DNA of 48,536 bases from an uncultured Eubacteriales bacterium (GCA_900313815.1 OMST01000056.1:1-48536); one strand, 5' to 3'. Shown: positions 29,772-40,305, counted from the stretch's first letter. The notes: a model not told the origin generated them from the sequence alone. Made by a program: numbers and translations.

Positions 29772-31241
29772 TTATTCTGAAAAATATCCAACCTCTGGAA
29801 GACTTCTTCCATTACCAACTATAGTTTCAATTGAAGATGAATTGCTTGATTTAAATAAAAGAGCAACGGAACCTCCACCATCTAAATTAACTGCTGTCTG
29901 ACATCCTAGGTCGTAGAATATATTGATACCAGTATTTCTCGATTCATTACTTGAAGTAAATAAAACAAAATTATTATTATTTATTTGGCATAGCATTTGT
30001 AATCCTTTTTTCCCTTCATTATCTCCAGGCATACGAGAATTATGATTATTATAATTTGTTTTTTGACCATCTAATATAACTGGAGCTGCGAATGTATATG
30101 TGTTTCTAATTCCGGAATTTATTACGCTTTCTGACCAAGCTTTCTTCTCAGTTTTATTTGTTTCTTTCATTTTTTTATCTACAAATACTACCATTTGATT
30201 ATCAGGATTTACACCTGCAATAAACCAAGTTAATAAATCGCCTTTTTCCCATTGATTTCTTACTACTTTTCCATCTGTTATTACAATTGTACCAACACTA
30301 GTTTTGTTATAACCACTATAATAATTAACACTATTAGGATCATATGTATCTTTTAAATAAAAGCCACTTGCATTAAAACCTAAAACTAATTTATTATTCA
30401 TTCCTTTATCAGTTATTTCTTTTTTTAATAAATTTCCGGGGCGTTCAAGTACAGAACCATATGGACTAGCATCCCTTTTATTTAATTGTTCATATGGATT
30501 TATTGCCCATATTCTTGTCAAATAATATTTACCTTTTTGAGTAATATAAACTTTTAAAGTATCAGTTTCTTCTTGTTTAATAATTGTCTCATCACTATTA
30601 GGTAATATTGGTTCAAATATCATTAATCCAGAACTTATTTTTTCTAATTCATTTAATAATACTTCTTTTATCTCTTGATCATTAATACTTTCAACTCTAA
30701 CTCTAAGTTCACTTAGTTTAGCATAGCTTTTAGAAAATCTTAGTTGTCTAATCTCTGTCATAATATCAACAAATGGTTTTAAATATCTTAGTTTTTCTAA
30801 TAAACTTTCTTGGGTATCATCATTTACCTTTTCTATTTTACTTTCAGCGTTATAGTAATCATTTAATAATAAAGTTTGTTTAACAAGATTTAATTTTGCT
30901 AATGCATCATTATAATATAATTCACTTATTGTATTGCTATTAGAATTATCTAAACATTGAGAATATTCACTATTTGGAAATGATACTTGTACTAATAAGC
31001 TAACAATTGTTGGAATTAAAAATATTAGGGCAGCTGCTACAATATTTGGAACAGCTTTTTTCTTTATAATAGCTATAGCATCATCGTCACCTTTAGTTGC
31101 TGCACTAATAAATTTAAATATTAGTGAAAACATTAAAACTGAAGGAACCACAATTAAAATAACAGTAATTATTATTCTTACTATTTTAATTATTTCTAAA
31201 ATACTTGGGCTATTACATATACTTAAAATCATATTTATCAC
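29772..31241 (-). CDS. Phosphodiester glycosidase (NAGPA)-family protein with a two-TM pilin-like N-terminus
   Basis: C-terminal FNASGFY and AVNLDGGGS motifs; N-terminal two TM segments. Confidence 0.7.
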   Translation of the reverse strand: MINMILSICNSPSILEIIKIVRIIITVILIVVPSVLMFSLIFKFISAATKGDDDAIAIIKKKAVPNIVAAALIFLIPTIVSLLVQVSFPNSEYSQCLDNSNSNTISELYYNDALAKLNLVKQTLLLNDYYNAESKIEKVNDDTQESLLEKLRYLKPFVDIMTEIRQLRFSKSYAKLSELRVRVESINDQEIKEVLLNELEKISSGLMIFEPILPNSDETIIKQEETDTLKVYITQKGKYYLTRIWAINPYEQLNKRDASPYGSVLERPGNLLKKEITDKGMNNKLVLGFNASGFYLKDTYDPNSVNYYSGYNKTSVGTIVITDGKVVRNQWEKGDLLTWFIAGVNPDNQMVVFVDKKMKETNKTEKKAWSESVINSGIRNTYTFAAPVILDGQKTNYNNHNSRMPGDNEGKKGLQMLCQINNNNFVLFTSSNESRNTGINIFYDLGCQTAVNLDGGGSVALLFKSSNSSSIETIVGNGRSLPEVGYFSE

Positions 31242-31324
31242 AAGCTAATTATATCATAATAGTATAAATATTTCATAAATAATGAATATATTTATTTAAA
31301 AAACATATTTATATATAGGGGATT

Positions 31325-32086
31325 ATGTTTAAAATAGGAGATTACGTTACTAGAAAAAAATATAATAATGATATAATTTTTAAAATTACTAAAATCAATG
31401 ATAATATTGTTTATTTAACCGGAGTAGATTTAAGATTATATGCCGATTCAAATATAGAAGATTTAATACCATGTAATAAATGCACTGATAAAGGAAATAA
31501 TAATAAATTAAGAAATTTAGATACAAATAATTACTTTTATATTCCTGGAACTATTTTGCACTTAGATACGGATACTGATTATTTAAATAAATGCTTAAAA
31601 TATTATAAAAAACAAAATATTAAAGCTTATGGATATTGTTATAAGATAGAAGAATTTAAAGATCATGTGTTGGATTTATTAAATACATGTGATCCTTCAA
31701 TATTGGTAATAACAGGACACGATGCTTATTATAAAAAAACAAATACATACAAAAATAGCAAATATTTTATTGAAACAGTGAAAGAAGTTAGAAAGTATTA
31801 TAAAAAGCATCAGGATTTAATAATTATAGCTGGTGCATGTCAAAGCGATTATAAAAATTTAATATTGGCGAAATCTACATTTGCATCGAGCCCTAAACAT
31901 ATAAATATACACGCGTTAGATCCAGCAATATTAGCTTGTTCAATAGCTTTATTAGAGCAAAGTGAAAAAGCAAATATACTTAGCATATTGGAAAAAACTA
32001 AATGTGGTTCAGATGGATTTGGAGGAGTGATAACAAACGGAGTAATGTTTGTTGGATTTCCAAGAAAGGACAATAATGAATATTAA
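31325..32086 (+). CDS. yabG: Sporulation peptidase YabG
   Basis: KIGDYVTRKKYNNDIIF, ITGHDA, AGACQS, FASSP..IHALDP. Confidence 0.93.
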   Translation: MFKIGDYVTRKKYNNDIIFKITKINDNIVYLTGVDLRLYADSNIEDLIPCNKCTDKGNNNKLRNLDTNNYFYIPGTILHLDTDTDYLNKCLKYYKKQNIKAYGYCYKIEEFKDHVLDLLNTCDPSILVITGHDAYYKKTNTYKNSKYFIETVKEVRKYYKKHQDLIIIAGACQSDYKNLILAKSTFASSPKHINIHALDPAILACSIALLEQSEKANILSILEKTKCGSDGFGGVITNGVMFVGFPRKDNNEY

Positions 32087-32291
32087 CAAAATTATTAAAA
32101 GTATTAATGAATTATCAGGAAAAAAATTAAAAATCAAAGTTAATATTGGTAGAAACAAGTATGAATACTATGAAGGTTATATTAAATCTATATATTCTAA
32201 TCTATTCACAGTTGAAACTAATAAAGGCATTAAAACATGGACATATTCTGACGTAGCTACTAAAGTGGTGACACTTACCAAATTTAATTAA
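32076..32291 (+). CDS. veg: Veg family protein
   Basis: GRNKYE..EG.I..IYSNLF and TYSDV; follows yabG; ATG at 32076. Confidence 0.88.
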   Translation: MNINKIIKSINELSGKKLKIKVNIGRNKYEYYEGYIKSIYSNLFTVETNKGIKTWTYSDVATKVVTLTKFN

Positions 32292-32296
32292 AAATA

Positions 32297-32325
32297 TTGA
32301 TATTGAGTAATAAATGTATTATAAT
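32297..32325 (+). promoter_or_regulatory. Sigma-A-like promoter of spoVG
   Basis: TTGATA-17 bp-TATAAT. Confidence 0.6.
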
Positions 32326-32353
32326 TAAAGTAGCTAAATGTAAGGAGGTACTT

Positions 32354-32638
32354 ATGAAAATAACATCTGTAAAAATTCGTAAGGTTGAGAGAGAAAATTC
32401 TCGTATGAAAGGAATTGCATCTGTTGTTGTTGATGATGCTATAGCTATTCACGATATTAGAATTATTGAAGGGGATAATGGACTATTTATCGCTATGCCA
32501 AGTCGTAAAACTCCAGTAGGTGAATACAAAGACATTGCTCATCCAATCAACCAAGAAGTAAGAACTATGTTTGAAAAAGAAATTTTAGATGCTTATGATA
32601 AAGCAGAAGACGTTCAAACAAACGAAACTGAAGAATAA
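32354..32638 (+). CDS. spoVG: Septation regulator SpoVG
   Basis: MKITSVKIRK, IHDIRIIEG, FIAMPSRK, DIAHPI; AGGAGG RBS. Confidence 0.96.
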   Translation: MKITSVKIRKVERENSRMKGIASVVVDDAIAIHDIRIIEGDNGLFIAMPSRKTPVGEYKDIAHPINQEVRTMFEKEILDAYDKAEDVQTNETEE

Positions 32639-32644
32639 TAAATT

Positions 32645-32668
32645 AAGACCATCAAGGTCTTTTTTTTT
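32645..32668 (+). terminator. Intrinsic terminator after spoVG
   Basis: AAGACC-ATCAA-GGTCTT plus T-run. Confidence 0.75.
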
Positions 32669-32699
32669 ATTTACTTGAATAATATTAATTGGTGATAAT

Positions 32700-32993
32700 A
32701 TGGAAATTGTAAAAGAGACCAACATCATGAATATATCTAATCATAATATAACAATAGCAGAAAGAAAAAATATAGTTTTAAGCGGAATTAAAAAATTAAA
32801 TAGTTTTGATGATACAGAGTTTTTTATTGATTCAACTATGGGATCCATACTAATAAAAGGTAATAATTTAGAATTAGTAAATTTAGATACGTATTCAGGG
32901 AAATTATCTATAAAAGGAAAAATAATATCGTTAACTTATTTAGATGATACTAAAGTAAAAAATGATGGATTAATATCAAGGTTGTTTAAATGA
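32700..32993 (+). CDS. yabP: Sporulation protein YabP
   Basis: HNITIAERKNIVLSGIKKLNSFD, TMGSILIKG and GLISRLFK. Confidence 0.88.
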   Translation: MEIVKETNIMNISNHNITIAERKNIVLSGIKKLNSFDDTEFFIDSTMGSILIKGNNLELVNLDTYSGKLSIKGKIISLTYLDDTKVKNDGLISRLFK

Positions 32994-33277
32994 GTTTGAA
33001 AGAACAAATAGTATCTTTTATTTTTTCTTTTTTATATGGAACCATTAGTAGTTATTTATATATCACATTCTATAGATTCTTTCATGATAAAAATAGATCT
33101 TTTAATATTTTAAATTCTTTATTATTTGTCATAGATTTAATAATTATTTATTTTGTAATTTTTCTACTTATAAATGAAGGGGATGTTAAAATAGTATTCG
33201 TATTAATAACTATAACTACATTTTTTGTATTAAATTATAAAAATTTACAAAAAAAATGTAAAAATATGTTTAATTGA
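32990..33277 (+). CDS. yabQ: Spore cortex protein YabQ-like (short)
   Basis: MSLKEQIVSF..SFLYG and INEGDV; yabP-yabQ-divIC synteny. Confidence 0.7.
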   Translation: MSLKEQIVSFIFSFLYGTISSYLYITFYRFFHDKNRSFNILNSLLFVIDLIIIYFVIFLLINEGDVKIVFVLITITTFFVLNYKNLQKKCKNMFN

Positions 33278-33322
33278 TTGTAATTGTAAATATACATAAG
33301 TTATAATTATATTAATAATAGG

Positions 33323-33628
33323 ATGGGATATAATAGTATGAGAAAAATGAGTCAAAAAACTAAATTTAGAGTGACTTTTTTAACAATAGTGTTTATAATA
33401 TCTATTGTGGTTTTTGTTTCTACTACTATTTCATATGTATCTCAAATTATTAAAAATAATAATGAAATAAAAGATTTAAATACAGTTTTTAATGAAAAAC
33501 TTGCTGAAGATGAAAATTTAAAAGATGAAATTAATAGACTACAAGATCCTGAATATATGGCAAAATATGCTCGTGAAAAATATTTATATTCTAAAAATGG
33601 TGAAATAATCATAAAAATAGAAGAATAA
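33323..33628 (+). CDS. divIC: Septum formation initiator DivIC/FtsB
   Basis: TM plus coiled coil plus LQDPEYMAKYAREKYLYSKNGE. Confidence 0.9.
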   Translation: MGYNSMRKMSQKTKFRVTFLTIVFIISIVVFVSTTISYVSQIIKNNNEIKDLNTVFNEKLAEDENLKDEINRLQDPEYMAKYAREKYLYSKNGEIIIKIEE

Positions 33629-33642
33629 TAGAAAGGCTTGAT

Positions 33643-34968
33643 ATGGAAGAAGTATATAATTTTATTGGTCAGGAAATAGAATTAAAGCCTTCTGATACAG
33701 TTGTTATTGGTGTTTCAGGTGGACCCGATTCTATGGCCCTATTATACATTTTAAATGAATTTAAAAATAAAATAGGATTTAAAATAGTATGTGCTCATGT
33801 AAATCATAATAAAAGAGTTGAAAGTGAGCAAGAAAAAAAGGATTTAGAAAAGTATTGTAAAGAAAACAATATTATTTTTGAGTATATTAAAATAGAGTCT
33901 TGGGGAGATGATAATTTTCATAATGAAGCACGAAGTGTTAGATATGGTTTCTTTACTGAACTTGTAGAAAAATATAGTGCTAAGTATTTAATGACTGCTC
34001 ATCAAGGTGATGATTTAATTGAAACAATACTTATGAGAATAGTAAGGGGCTCAACTCTTAAAGGATATAGTGGTTTTAGTAGAATAGTTGATAAAGATAC
34101 ATACAAAATAGTAAGGCCACTAATAACTGTTACTAAAGATGAAATAAATGAATTCAATAAGAAAAATAATATAAAATATGCGATTGATGCTTCTAATAAT
34201 GAAGATCATTATACTAGAAATAGATATAGACATGTAGTATTACCATTTTTAAAAAAAGAAGAAAAAAATGTTCATAAAAAATTCTTAAAATTTAGTGAAA
34301 CATTATTAGAAAATAGTAATTATATTGATTTAGAAGCAAGAAAAGTTTTTAATAAAGTGTTTGTAAATGGATCTTTAGATATCGATAAATTCAAAGTATT
34401 AGAAAAAGTTATTCAAACTAAAATAATTTACAATATTTTGGAAAAAATATATGGTGATGATTTATTAATAGTTGGAGATGCTCACGTTGATTTAATATTT
34501 GATTTAATATATTCAACAAAATCAAATAGTATAGTTCATTTACCAAATAATGTTATAGTAATAAAAGCCTACAATGAATTGGTATTTAGTTTTGATGAAG
34601 ATGAGTATGGTTCTTATGAAATAGAAATTAATAAAGTAGTTAATCTTCCGAATGGAAAAATAATTGAACAAATAGAAGATATAAATGATCACTCTAACTA
34701 TGTTGTTCGACTAAATAGTAAAGACGTTGCATTACCTTTATATGTTAGAAATAGAAAAGATGGAGATAAGATTGATGTTAAAGGAATGGAAGGTCGCAAA
34801 AAAGTAAGTGATATTTTTATTAATGAGAAGATTAAAACCAGTGATAGAAAACTATGGCCAATAGTATTAGACTCTAAAGATAATATAGTTTGGATTCCTG
34901 GAATTAAAAAGTCTAAATTTGACAAAAAACCAACCGAAGAGTATGATATTATACTAAGGTATTATTAG
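33643..34968 (+). CDS. tilS: tRNA(Ile)-lysidine synthase
   Basis: SGGPDS, TAHQGDD..ET, RPL, YTRNRYRH. Confidence 0.96.
   Translation: MEEVYNFIGQEIELKPSDTVVIGVSGGPDSMALLYILNEFKNKIGFKIVCAHVNHNKRVESEQEKKDLEKYCKENNIIFEYIKIESWGDDNFHNEARSVRYGFFTELVEKYSAKYLMTAHQGDDLIETILMRIVRGSTLKGYSGFSRIVDKDTYKIVRPLITVTKDEINEFNKKNNIKYAIDASNNEDHYTRNRYRHVVLPFLKKEEKNVHKKFLKFSETLLENSNYIDLEARKVFNKVFVNGSLDIDKFKVLEKVIQTKIIYNILEKIYGDDLLIVGDAHVDLIFDLIYSTKSNSIVHLPNNVIVIKAYNELVFSFDEDEYGSYEIEINKVVNLPNGKIIEQIEDINDHSNYVVRLNSKDVALPLYVRNRKDGDKIDVKGMEGRKKVSDIFINEKIKTSDRKLWPIVLDSKDNIVWIPGIKKSKFDKKPTEEYDIILRYY
34919..34947 (+). promoter_or_regulatory. Sigma-A promoter for ftsH inside the tilS 3' end
   Basis: TTGACA-17 bp-TATGAT. 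Confidence 0.6.
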
Positions 34969-34983
34969 GAAAGGAAGAAGATT

Positions 34984-36903
34984 ATGAATATAAAAAAGAG
35001 TAAGAAAAGTGTGAATTTTATTCCATATTTATTTTTAATAGCATTCGTATGTGGTGCCTACTTATATTTAAATACATTTGGTAGAAAAATAAACACATTA
35101 GATTATAATGAATTAACTAAAGAATTAGCTAATAATAATGTTACTGAATTGGACGTAACTCCAAAATCTAGTTCTGGTATTTATCTTATTACTGGTAAAT
35201 TAAATGGGTACAAAAAAACAGAAATATTTAGTGTTAGTGTTCCATATACTGATACAGTTATTTCTTCAATATATTCTTATGCCGAAAGTAATAATTTAAA
35301 AGTAACTACTAATAGTAATCCAGAAAATAGTATTTGGTTAACAATATTATTTAATGTGGTTCCTTTTATTATGATAGGTGCATTATTATATGTAATGTTT
35401 ATTAAATTAGGAAATAATGGAAAAGGAACTTTTGATTTTGGTAAAAGTAGAGCAAAATTATCTGAAAATGGTGGTACTAAAACATTTAAAGATGTTGCCG
35501 GATTGAAAGAAGAAAAAGAAGAAGTTCAAGAATTAATTGATTTCCTAAAAAGTCCAAAGAAATTCACTAAGATGGGTGCTAGAATTCCTAAAGGAGTATT
35601 ATTAGTTGGTCCTCCAGGAACTGGTAAAACTTTATTAGCAAAGGCAGTCGCTGGTGAAGCAGGAGTTCCATTCTTTTATATAAGTGGTTCTGACTTTGTA
35701 GAGTTATTTGTAGGCGTTGGTGCTTCTCGTGTAAGAGATATGTTCAAACAAGCTAAACAAACAGCCCCATGTTTAATATTTATTGATGAAATAGATGCAG
35801 TTGGACGTGAAAGAGGAACGGGTTTAGGTGGTGGACATGATGAGAGAGAGCAGACATTAAACCAATTATTATCTGAAATGGATGGTTTTGGTGAAAATGA
35901 AGGTATAATTATTATTGCTGCAACAAATAGACCAGATGTACTAGATCCTGCATTACTTCGTCCAGGTAGATTTGATAGACAGGTTACAGTTAATAGACCA
36001 GATGTTAGAGAAAGAGAAGAAATATTAAAAGTACATGCTAAAAATAAAATATTATCTCCTTCAGTAAAACTTAAGAATATTGCTGAAAGAACACCTGGAT
36101 ATTCTGGAGCAGATTTAGAGAATTTATTAAATGAAGCTGCTTTATTAGCAGTTAGAAGAAACAAAAATGCTATTACTATGGATGAAATAGATGAAGCAAG
36201 TGATAGAGTATTAATGGGTCCTGCTAAAACGAGTAGAAAAGTAACTGATTATGAGAAAAAAATTGTTTCTTATCATGAAGCTGGACATGCTGTTTCTGGT
36301 ATAGTTCTTCCAAATGGAGAAGAAGTACATAAAGTTACAATTATTCCTCGTGGTATGGCAGGTGGATATACTCAAATGTTACCAAGAGAAGAAAGAACAT
36401 TAGTTTATACTAAAGATGATCTTGAAGCACAAATAACAACTTTATTATCTGGTCGTGTTAGTGAAGAAATGTTTATGAAAGAAATTTCTACTGGAGCATC
36501 AGATGATTTCAAAAAAGCTACTAAGATAGCTAGAAGTATGGTAACAGAATATGGTATGAGTTCTCTAGGACCTGTTCAGCTAGAACACAGAAGTGAAAGT
36601 GTATTTTTAGGAAGAGATTATAATCAAACTAAGAATTTCTCTGATCAAGTAGCTTTAAGAATAGATGAAGAAGTTAAAAAAATAATAGATCAATGCTATA
36701 AACGTTCTGAAGACATTCTTAAAAAATATAAAAAGTTAGTTGATATTTTAGCTGATACATTATATACAAAAGAAACTTTAACAAAAGAAGAAATATATGA
36801 TATAGTAGAAGCTAATAGTGATTTAAAAGTTAACAGGGATGATAATGAGGAACAAGATGAATCAACTAATAAAAAAACTAAAGTAGAAGAAAAAAATAAT
36901 TAG
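34984..36903 (+). CDS. ftsH: ATP-dependent zinc metalloprotease
   Basis: Two TMs, [39 protein letters not shown]. Confidence 0.98.
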   Translation: MNIKKSKKSVNFIPYLFLIAFVCGAYLYLNTFGRKINTLDYNELTKELANNNVTELDVTPKSSSGIYLITGKLNGYKKTEIFSVSVPYTDTVISSIYSYAESNNLKVTTNSNPENSIWLTILFNVVPFIMIGALLYVMFIKLGNNGKGTFDFGKSRAKLSENGGTKTFKDVAGLKEEKEEVQELIDFLKSPKKFTKMGARIPKGVLLVGPPGTGKTLLAKAVAGEAGVPFFYISGSDFVELFVGVGASRVRDMFKQAKQTAPCLIFIDEIDAVGRERGTGLGGGHDEREQTLNQLLSEMDGFGENEGIIIIAATNRPDVLDPALLRPGRFDRQVTVNRPDVREREEILKVHAKNKILSPSVKLKNIAERTPGYSGADLENLLNEAALLAVRRNKNAITMDEIDEASDRVLMGPAKTSRKVTDYEKKIVSYHEAGHAVSGIVLPNGEEVHKVTIIPRGMAGGYTQMLPREERTLVYTKDDLEAQITTLLSGRVSEEMFMKEISTGASDDFKKATKIARSMVTEYGMSSLGPVQLEHRSESVFLGRDYNQTKNFSDQVALRIDEEVKKIIDQCYKRSEDILKKYKKLVDILADTLYTKETLTKEEIYDIVEANSDLKVNRDDNEEQDESTNKKTKVEEKNN

Positions 36904-36931
36904 AAGATTGATTTTTTATCAATCTTCTTTT
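36902..36931 (+). terminator. Intrinsic terminator after ftsH
   Basis: AGAAGATTGAT-TTTTT-ATCAATCTTCT plus T-run. Confidence 0.75.
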
Positions 36932-36957
36932 AATATATAATTATAGAAGGTGGAAAT

Positions 36958-37851
36958 ATGAAAGATAAAACTTTATTAATTTTAGCTGCTGGTATGGGAA
37001 GCAGATTTGGTGGATTAAAACAAGCTGAAAAGTTTGGACCTAATGGAGAATACATTATAGATTATTCTATATATGATGCGATAAGAGCGGGTTTTAACAA
37101 AGTGGTTTTTATTATAAAAGAAGAAAACTATGATTTATTTAGGGATACAGTTGGTAAAAGAGTAGAAAACCATATTAAAGTAGAATATGTTTTTCAAAAT
37201 TTTGATAATGTTCCAGAGGAATATGAAATCCCTAGTAGTAGGGTTAAACCATTAGGCACTGCGCATGCTGTATTATGTGCAAAAAATGTTATTCATGAGC
37301 CTTTTTTGATGATTAATTCTGATGATTTTTATGGTTATGATGCATTTAAAGTTGCAAGTGAATTTTTAGATAATAATAAAAATGAAATTGCAATTGTTGG
37401 ATATAATGTAGAAAATACTATTACTGAAAATGGAGCTGTTAAAAGAGGAGTTATGAAAACTATGAATGGTAAACTATTGGAAATAGTTGAAAGTAGCATT
37501 GAAAAACAAAATGGAAAAATATATGCAACTCCACTTGGAACAACCAATATTAAAGAGATAAGTAGCGATACAAAAGTTTCTATGAATATGATTGCATTTT
37601 TACCGTCTTTCTTTGATTTAATTGATAAATATTTTGAAAGTTTTTTAAGACATAGTGATTTAGAAAAAGATGAATATCTAATTCCAGACTTAATAACGAA
37701 AGCTGTTGATACTGGGGCATATTCGGTTAAAATAATAGATACTATAGCAAAATGGGTAGGAGTTACTTATAAAGAAGATAAAGAAAGCGTTATAAATTAT
37801 TTAAATAAATTAATAGAAGATGGAGAATATAAAAAAGACTTATGGGGTTAA
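36958..37851 (+). CDS. Sugar-phosphate nucleotidyltransferase family protein
   Basis: LAAGMGSRFGGLKQ, KPLGTAHA, INSDDFYG, WVGVTY. Confidence 0.85.
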   Translation: MKDKTLLILAAGMGSRFGGLKQAEKFGPNGEYIIDYSIYDAIRAGFNKVVFIIKEENYDLFRDTVGKRVENHIKVEYVFQNFDNVPEEYEIPSSRVKPLGTAHAVLCAKNVIHEPFLMINSDDFYGYDAFKVASEFLDNNKNEIAIVGYNVENTITENGAVKRGVMKTMNGKLLEIVESSIEKQNGKIYATPLGTTNIKEISSDTKVSMNMIAFLPSFFDLIDKYFESFLRHSDLEKDEYLIPDLITKAVDTGAYSVKIIDTIAKWVGVTYKEDKESVINYLNKLIEDGEYKKDLWG

Positions 37852-37867
37852 AGCCTTATCTTTTATA

Positions 37868-37896
37868 TTGATATAAAAAAATAATTGTTGTAAAAT
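37868..37896 (+). promoter_or_regulatory. Sigma-A promoter of tsaB-rimI-tsaD
   Basis: TTGATA-17 bp-TAAAAT. Confidence 0.55.
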
Positions 37897-37919
37897 ACAT
37901 TAGGAAATGGGGCTTTAAT

Positions 37920-38471
37920 ATGATATTATTTATAGATACTCATGATGAATTAATAACTATTGCTGTTAAAACTAAGGATGATTTGTTTATTAAAACTAAA
38001 ATAAGCGAATATAGTCATTCTATTTTTACTATGCCTATGATTGAGGAAATATTTAATGAAAATAACTTAAATATTAAAGATCTAAATAAAATAATAGTTG
38101 TAAATGGACCAGGTAGTTTTACAGGTATTAGAATAGGATTATCGATTGCTAAAACAATGGCTTATGCATTAAATATTAAAATAAATACAATATCTAGTTT
38201 AAAAGCATATATGATAAGTGATTCTAATAATGATGATAAAATGGTTGTTATAAATGATAATAAAGGTTCTTATATTTATGCTGTTTCAAAAGATAATAAG
38301 GTAATATTAGAAGAACAATATATTTATGAAAATCATTATAATTATAGAGAAGTAGAACATAAATTAGATATAAATAAAATAATAGATTATTGTGATAAAC
38401 TTAAAAGTGAAAATCCTCATCATATTAAAGCAAATTATATTAAGAAAATTGAGGTAGAAAATAATGATTGA
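37920..38471 (+). CDS. tsaB: t6A synthesis protein TsaB
   Basis: ILFIDT, HS and GPGSFTGIRIG. Confidence 0.93.
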   Translation: MILFIDTHDELITIAVKTKDDLFIKTKISEYSHSIFTMPMIEEIFNENNLNIKDLNKIIVVNGPGSFTGIRIGLSIAKTMAYALNIKINTISSLKAYMISDSNNDDKMVVINDNKGSYIYAVSKDNKVILEEQYIYENHYNYREVEHKLDINKIIDYCDKLKSENPHHIKANYIKKIEVENND

Positions 38472-38799
38472 AAAAGAAAAATTAAGTGATACTGATTCTA
38501 TATATAATTATTATGACGGCAATAAAATATTAGGATATTTAGAAATAAGGTTAGTAGATGGAGTAATAGATATAATGAATTTATTCGTTAATGAAGAAAA
38601 TAGACATCAAAAGATCGGAACTTTATTAATGAATGAAATGATTAATAAAGAAGAATATAATAAGATAATGTTAGAGGTTAATGAAAAAAATTCTATAGCT
38701 ATTAAACTATATACTAAACTTGGTTTTAAAGAAATAAGTGTTAGAGATAGGTATTATGGTGAAGACACAGCAATTATTATGGAGAAGGTGAAGATGTGA
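38464..38799 (+). CDS. rimI: RimI-like GNAT acetyltransferase
   Basis: RHQKIG, LEVNEKN..AIKLYTKLGF and RDRYY; tsaB-rimI-tsaD synteny. Confidence 0.85.
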   Translation: MIEKEKLSDTDSIYNYYDGNKILGYLEIRLVDGVIDIMNLFVNEENRHQKIGTLLMNEMINKEEYNKIMLEVNEKNSIAIKLYTKLGFKEISVRDRYYGEDTAIIMEKVKM

Positions 38800-39806
38800 A
38801 AGATATATATATATTAGCAATTGAATCTTCTTGTGATGAAACTAGTGTAAGTATTATTAAAAATGGTTATGAAGATGTTTCAACAGTAATTAATACTCAA
38901 ATAGATGTTCATACTAAATACGGTGGTGTAGTTCCGGAAGTAGCAAGCAGATTACATTTAGAAAATATAACAATGGTAATTGATGAATGCTTATCAAGAG
39001 CAAAAATGAAATTGGATGATATAGACGCTTTTGCATGTACTTATGCTCCTGGATTACTAGGTAGTTTATTAGTTGGCGTTGAAGCTACTAAAGTATTATC
39101 ATTCATATATAAGAAACCATTCATAGCGGTAAATCATATGATGGGACATATTTGTGCTAACATGATTGGCAATAAACTTGAATATCCGTTATTATCATTA
39201 ATAATATCAGGTGGTCATACTGATTTAATATTAATGGAAAGTGAAAGCAAATTTAAATATTTAGGTCAAACATTAGATGATGCAATAGGAGAAGCATATG
39301 ATAAAGTTGCAAGAATATTATCTTTGCCTTATCCTGGGGGACCTAATGTAGAAAAATATGCATTAGAAGGGAAGCCATCATATAATATGCCTAAATTAAT
39401 GGATGATGGATCATATAATTTCAGTTTCAGTGGTATAAAGAGTCATGTCAATAATATTGCTCATAATGCTATGCAAAGAAATGAAGAAATTAACAAATAT
39501 GATTTAGCATGTTCATTTCAAGAGTGCGTTACTAAAAATCTAATAGAAAAAACAAAAAAAGCACTAAAAGATTATAATTTAAAAACTTTATTAATTAGCG
39601 GTGGTGTTGCGAGTAATTCTCATATAAGAAATTCTTTAAAAGAAATGTGTGATTCTATAGGTGTTGAAATGCATGTTCCACCTAAAAAATATTGCACAGA
39701 TAATGCTGCAATGATAGGAGCGGCTGCATATATATTATATAAAAATAAAAAGTTTTCTAAATTAGATATTAATGCTAAAAGCACAGTTCAACTAAAAAGT
39801 TTATAA
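38796..39806 (+). CDS. tsaD: tRNA N6-adenosine threonylcarbamoyltransferase
   Basis: IESSCDET, GGVVPEVASR, HMMGH, SGGHT, DDAIGEAYDK, CTDNAAMIG. Confidence 0.97.
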   Translation: MKDIYILAIESSCDETSVSIIKNGYEDVSTVINTQIDVHTKYGGVVPEVASRLHLENITMVIDECLSRAKMKLDDIDAFACTYAPGLLGSLLVGVEATKVLSFIYKKPFIAVNHMMGHICANMIGNKLEYPLLSLIISGGHTDLILMESESKFKYLGQTLDDAIGEAYDKVARILSLPYPGGPNVEKYALEGKPSYNMPKLMDDGSYNFSFSGIKSHVNNIAHNAMQRNEEINKYDLACSFQECVTKNLIEKTKKALKDYNLKTLLISGGVASNSHIRNSLKEMCDSIGVEMHVPPKKYCTDNAAMIGAAAYILYKNKKFSKLDINAKSTVQLKSL

Positions 39807-39834
39807 AAAAAAATAAGAGAAATCTTATTTTTTT
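39807..39834. terminator. Bidirectional terminator between convergent genes
   Basis: AAAAAAATAAGA-GAAA-TCTTATTTTTTT. Confidence 0.7.
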
Positions 39835-40238
39835 AGTTTCTTATTAATTTCAGATACATTTTCGTGTATTGATAACAATACTAATGAAAATTCATAAGTA
39901 ACTCTTAATGCTAAATTTCCAAGTAACAATATACACAAGAATAATAAGAAATTAGAAATAACAGCAAAAGATGCTAATGTTAAGAAAATAGCTGAAATCA
40001 TATAAGAGATTTTTAAAATTTCAGTGATATATAGCTTTTTGAATTTAACAAAATCATAAAGCCAAGCCATAAATCCTTTATATTTACTAGAATTCTTTTC
40101 AGAGAAAATAGTAAAGTATAAGCATAGCCCTCCAATTACAGCAATTACTCCAGCAATAATAATCCAAATATAACCATTGCCATTAGATGCAGCTTGATTA
40201 TATGGATATACTGGAACTCCTAATCCATCTAATCTCAT
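39825..40238 (-). CDS. DUF4282-like membrane protein
   Basis: ATG 40238 after GGAGG; FKKLYITEILKISY...LRVTYEF...IHEN pattern; three hydrophobic segments. Confidence 0.6.
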   Translation of the reverse strand: MRLDGLGVPVYPYNQAASNGNGYIWIIIAGVIAVIGGLCLYFTIFSEKNSSKYKGFMAWLYDFVKFKKLYITEILKISYMISAIFLTLASFAVISNFLLFLCILLLGNLALRVTYEFSLVLLSIHENVSEINKKLKK

Positions 40239-40305
40239 AAGTTTACCTCCTAATAATATATTAACATAAAAATAAAAAAAATAGTATATACAAATACTAC
40301 TTTTT

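Noticed and set aside
31240-31312. Sigma-K promoter for yabG
   Set aside because: Several CATA elements exist, but AC-to-CATA spacing does not fit well; too ambiguous to call.
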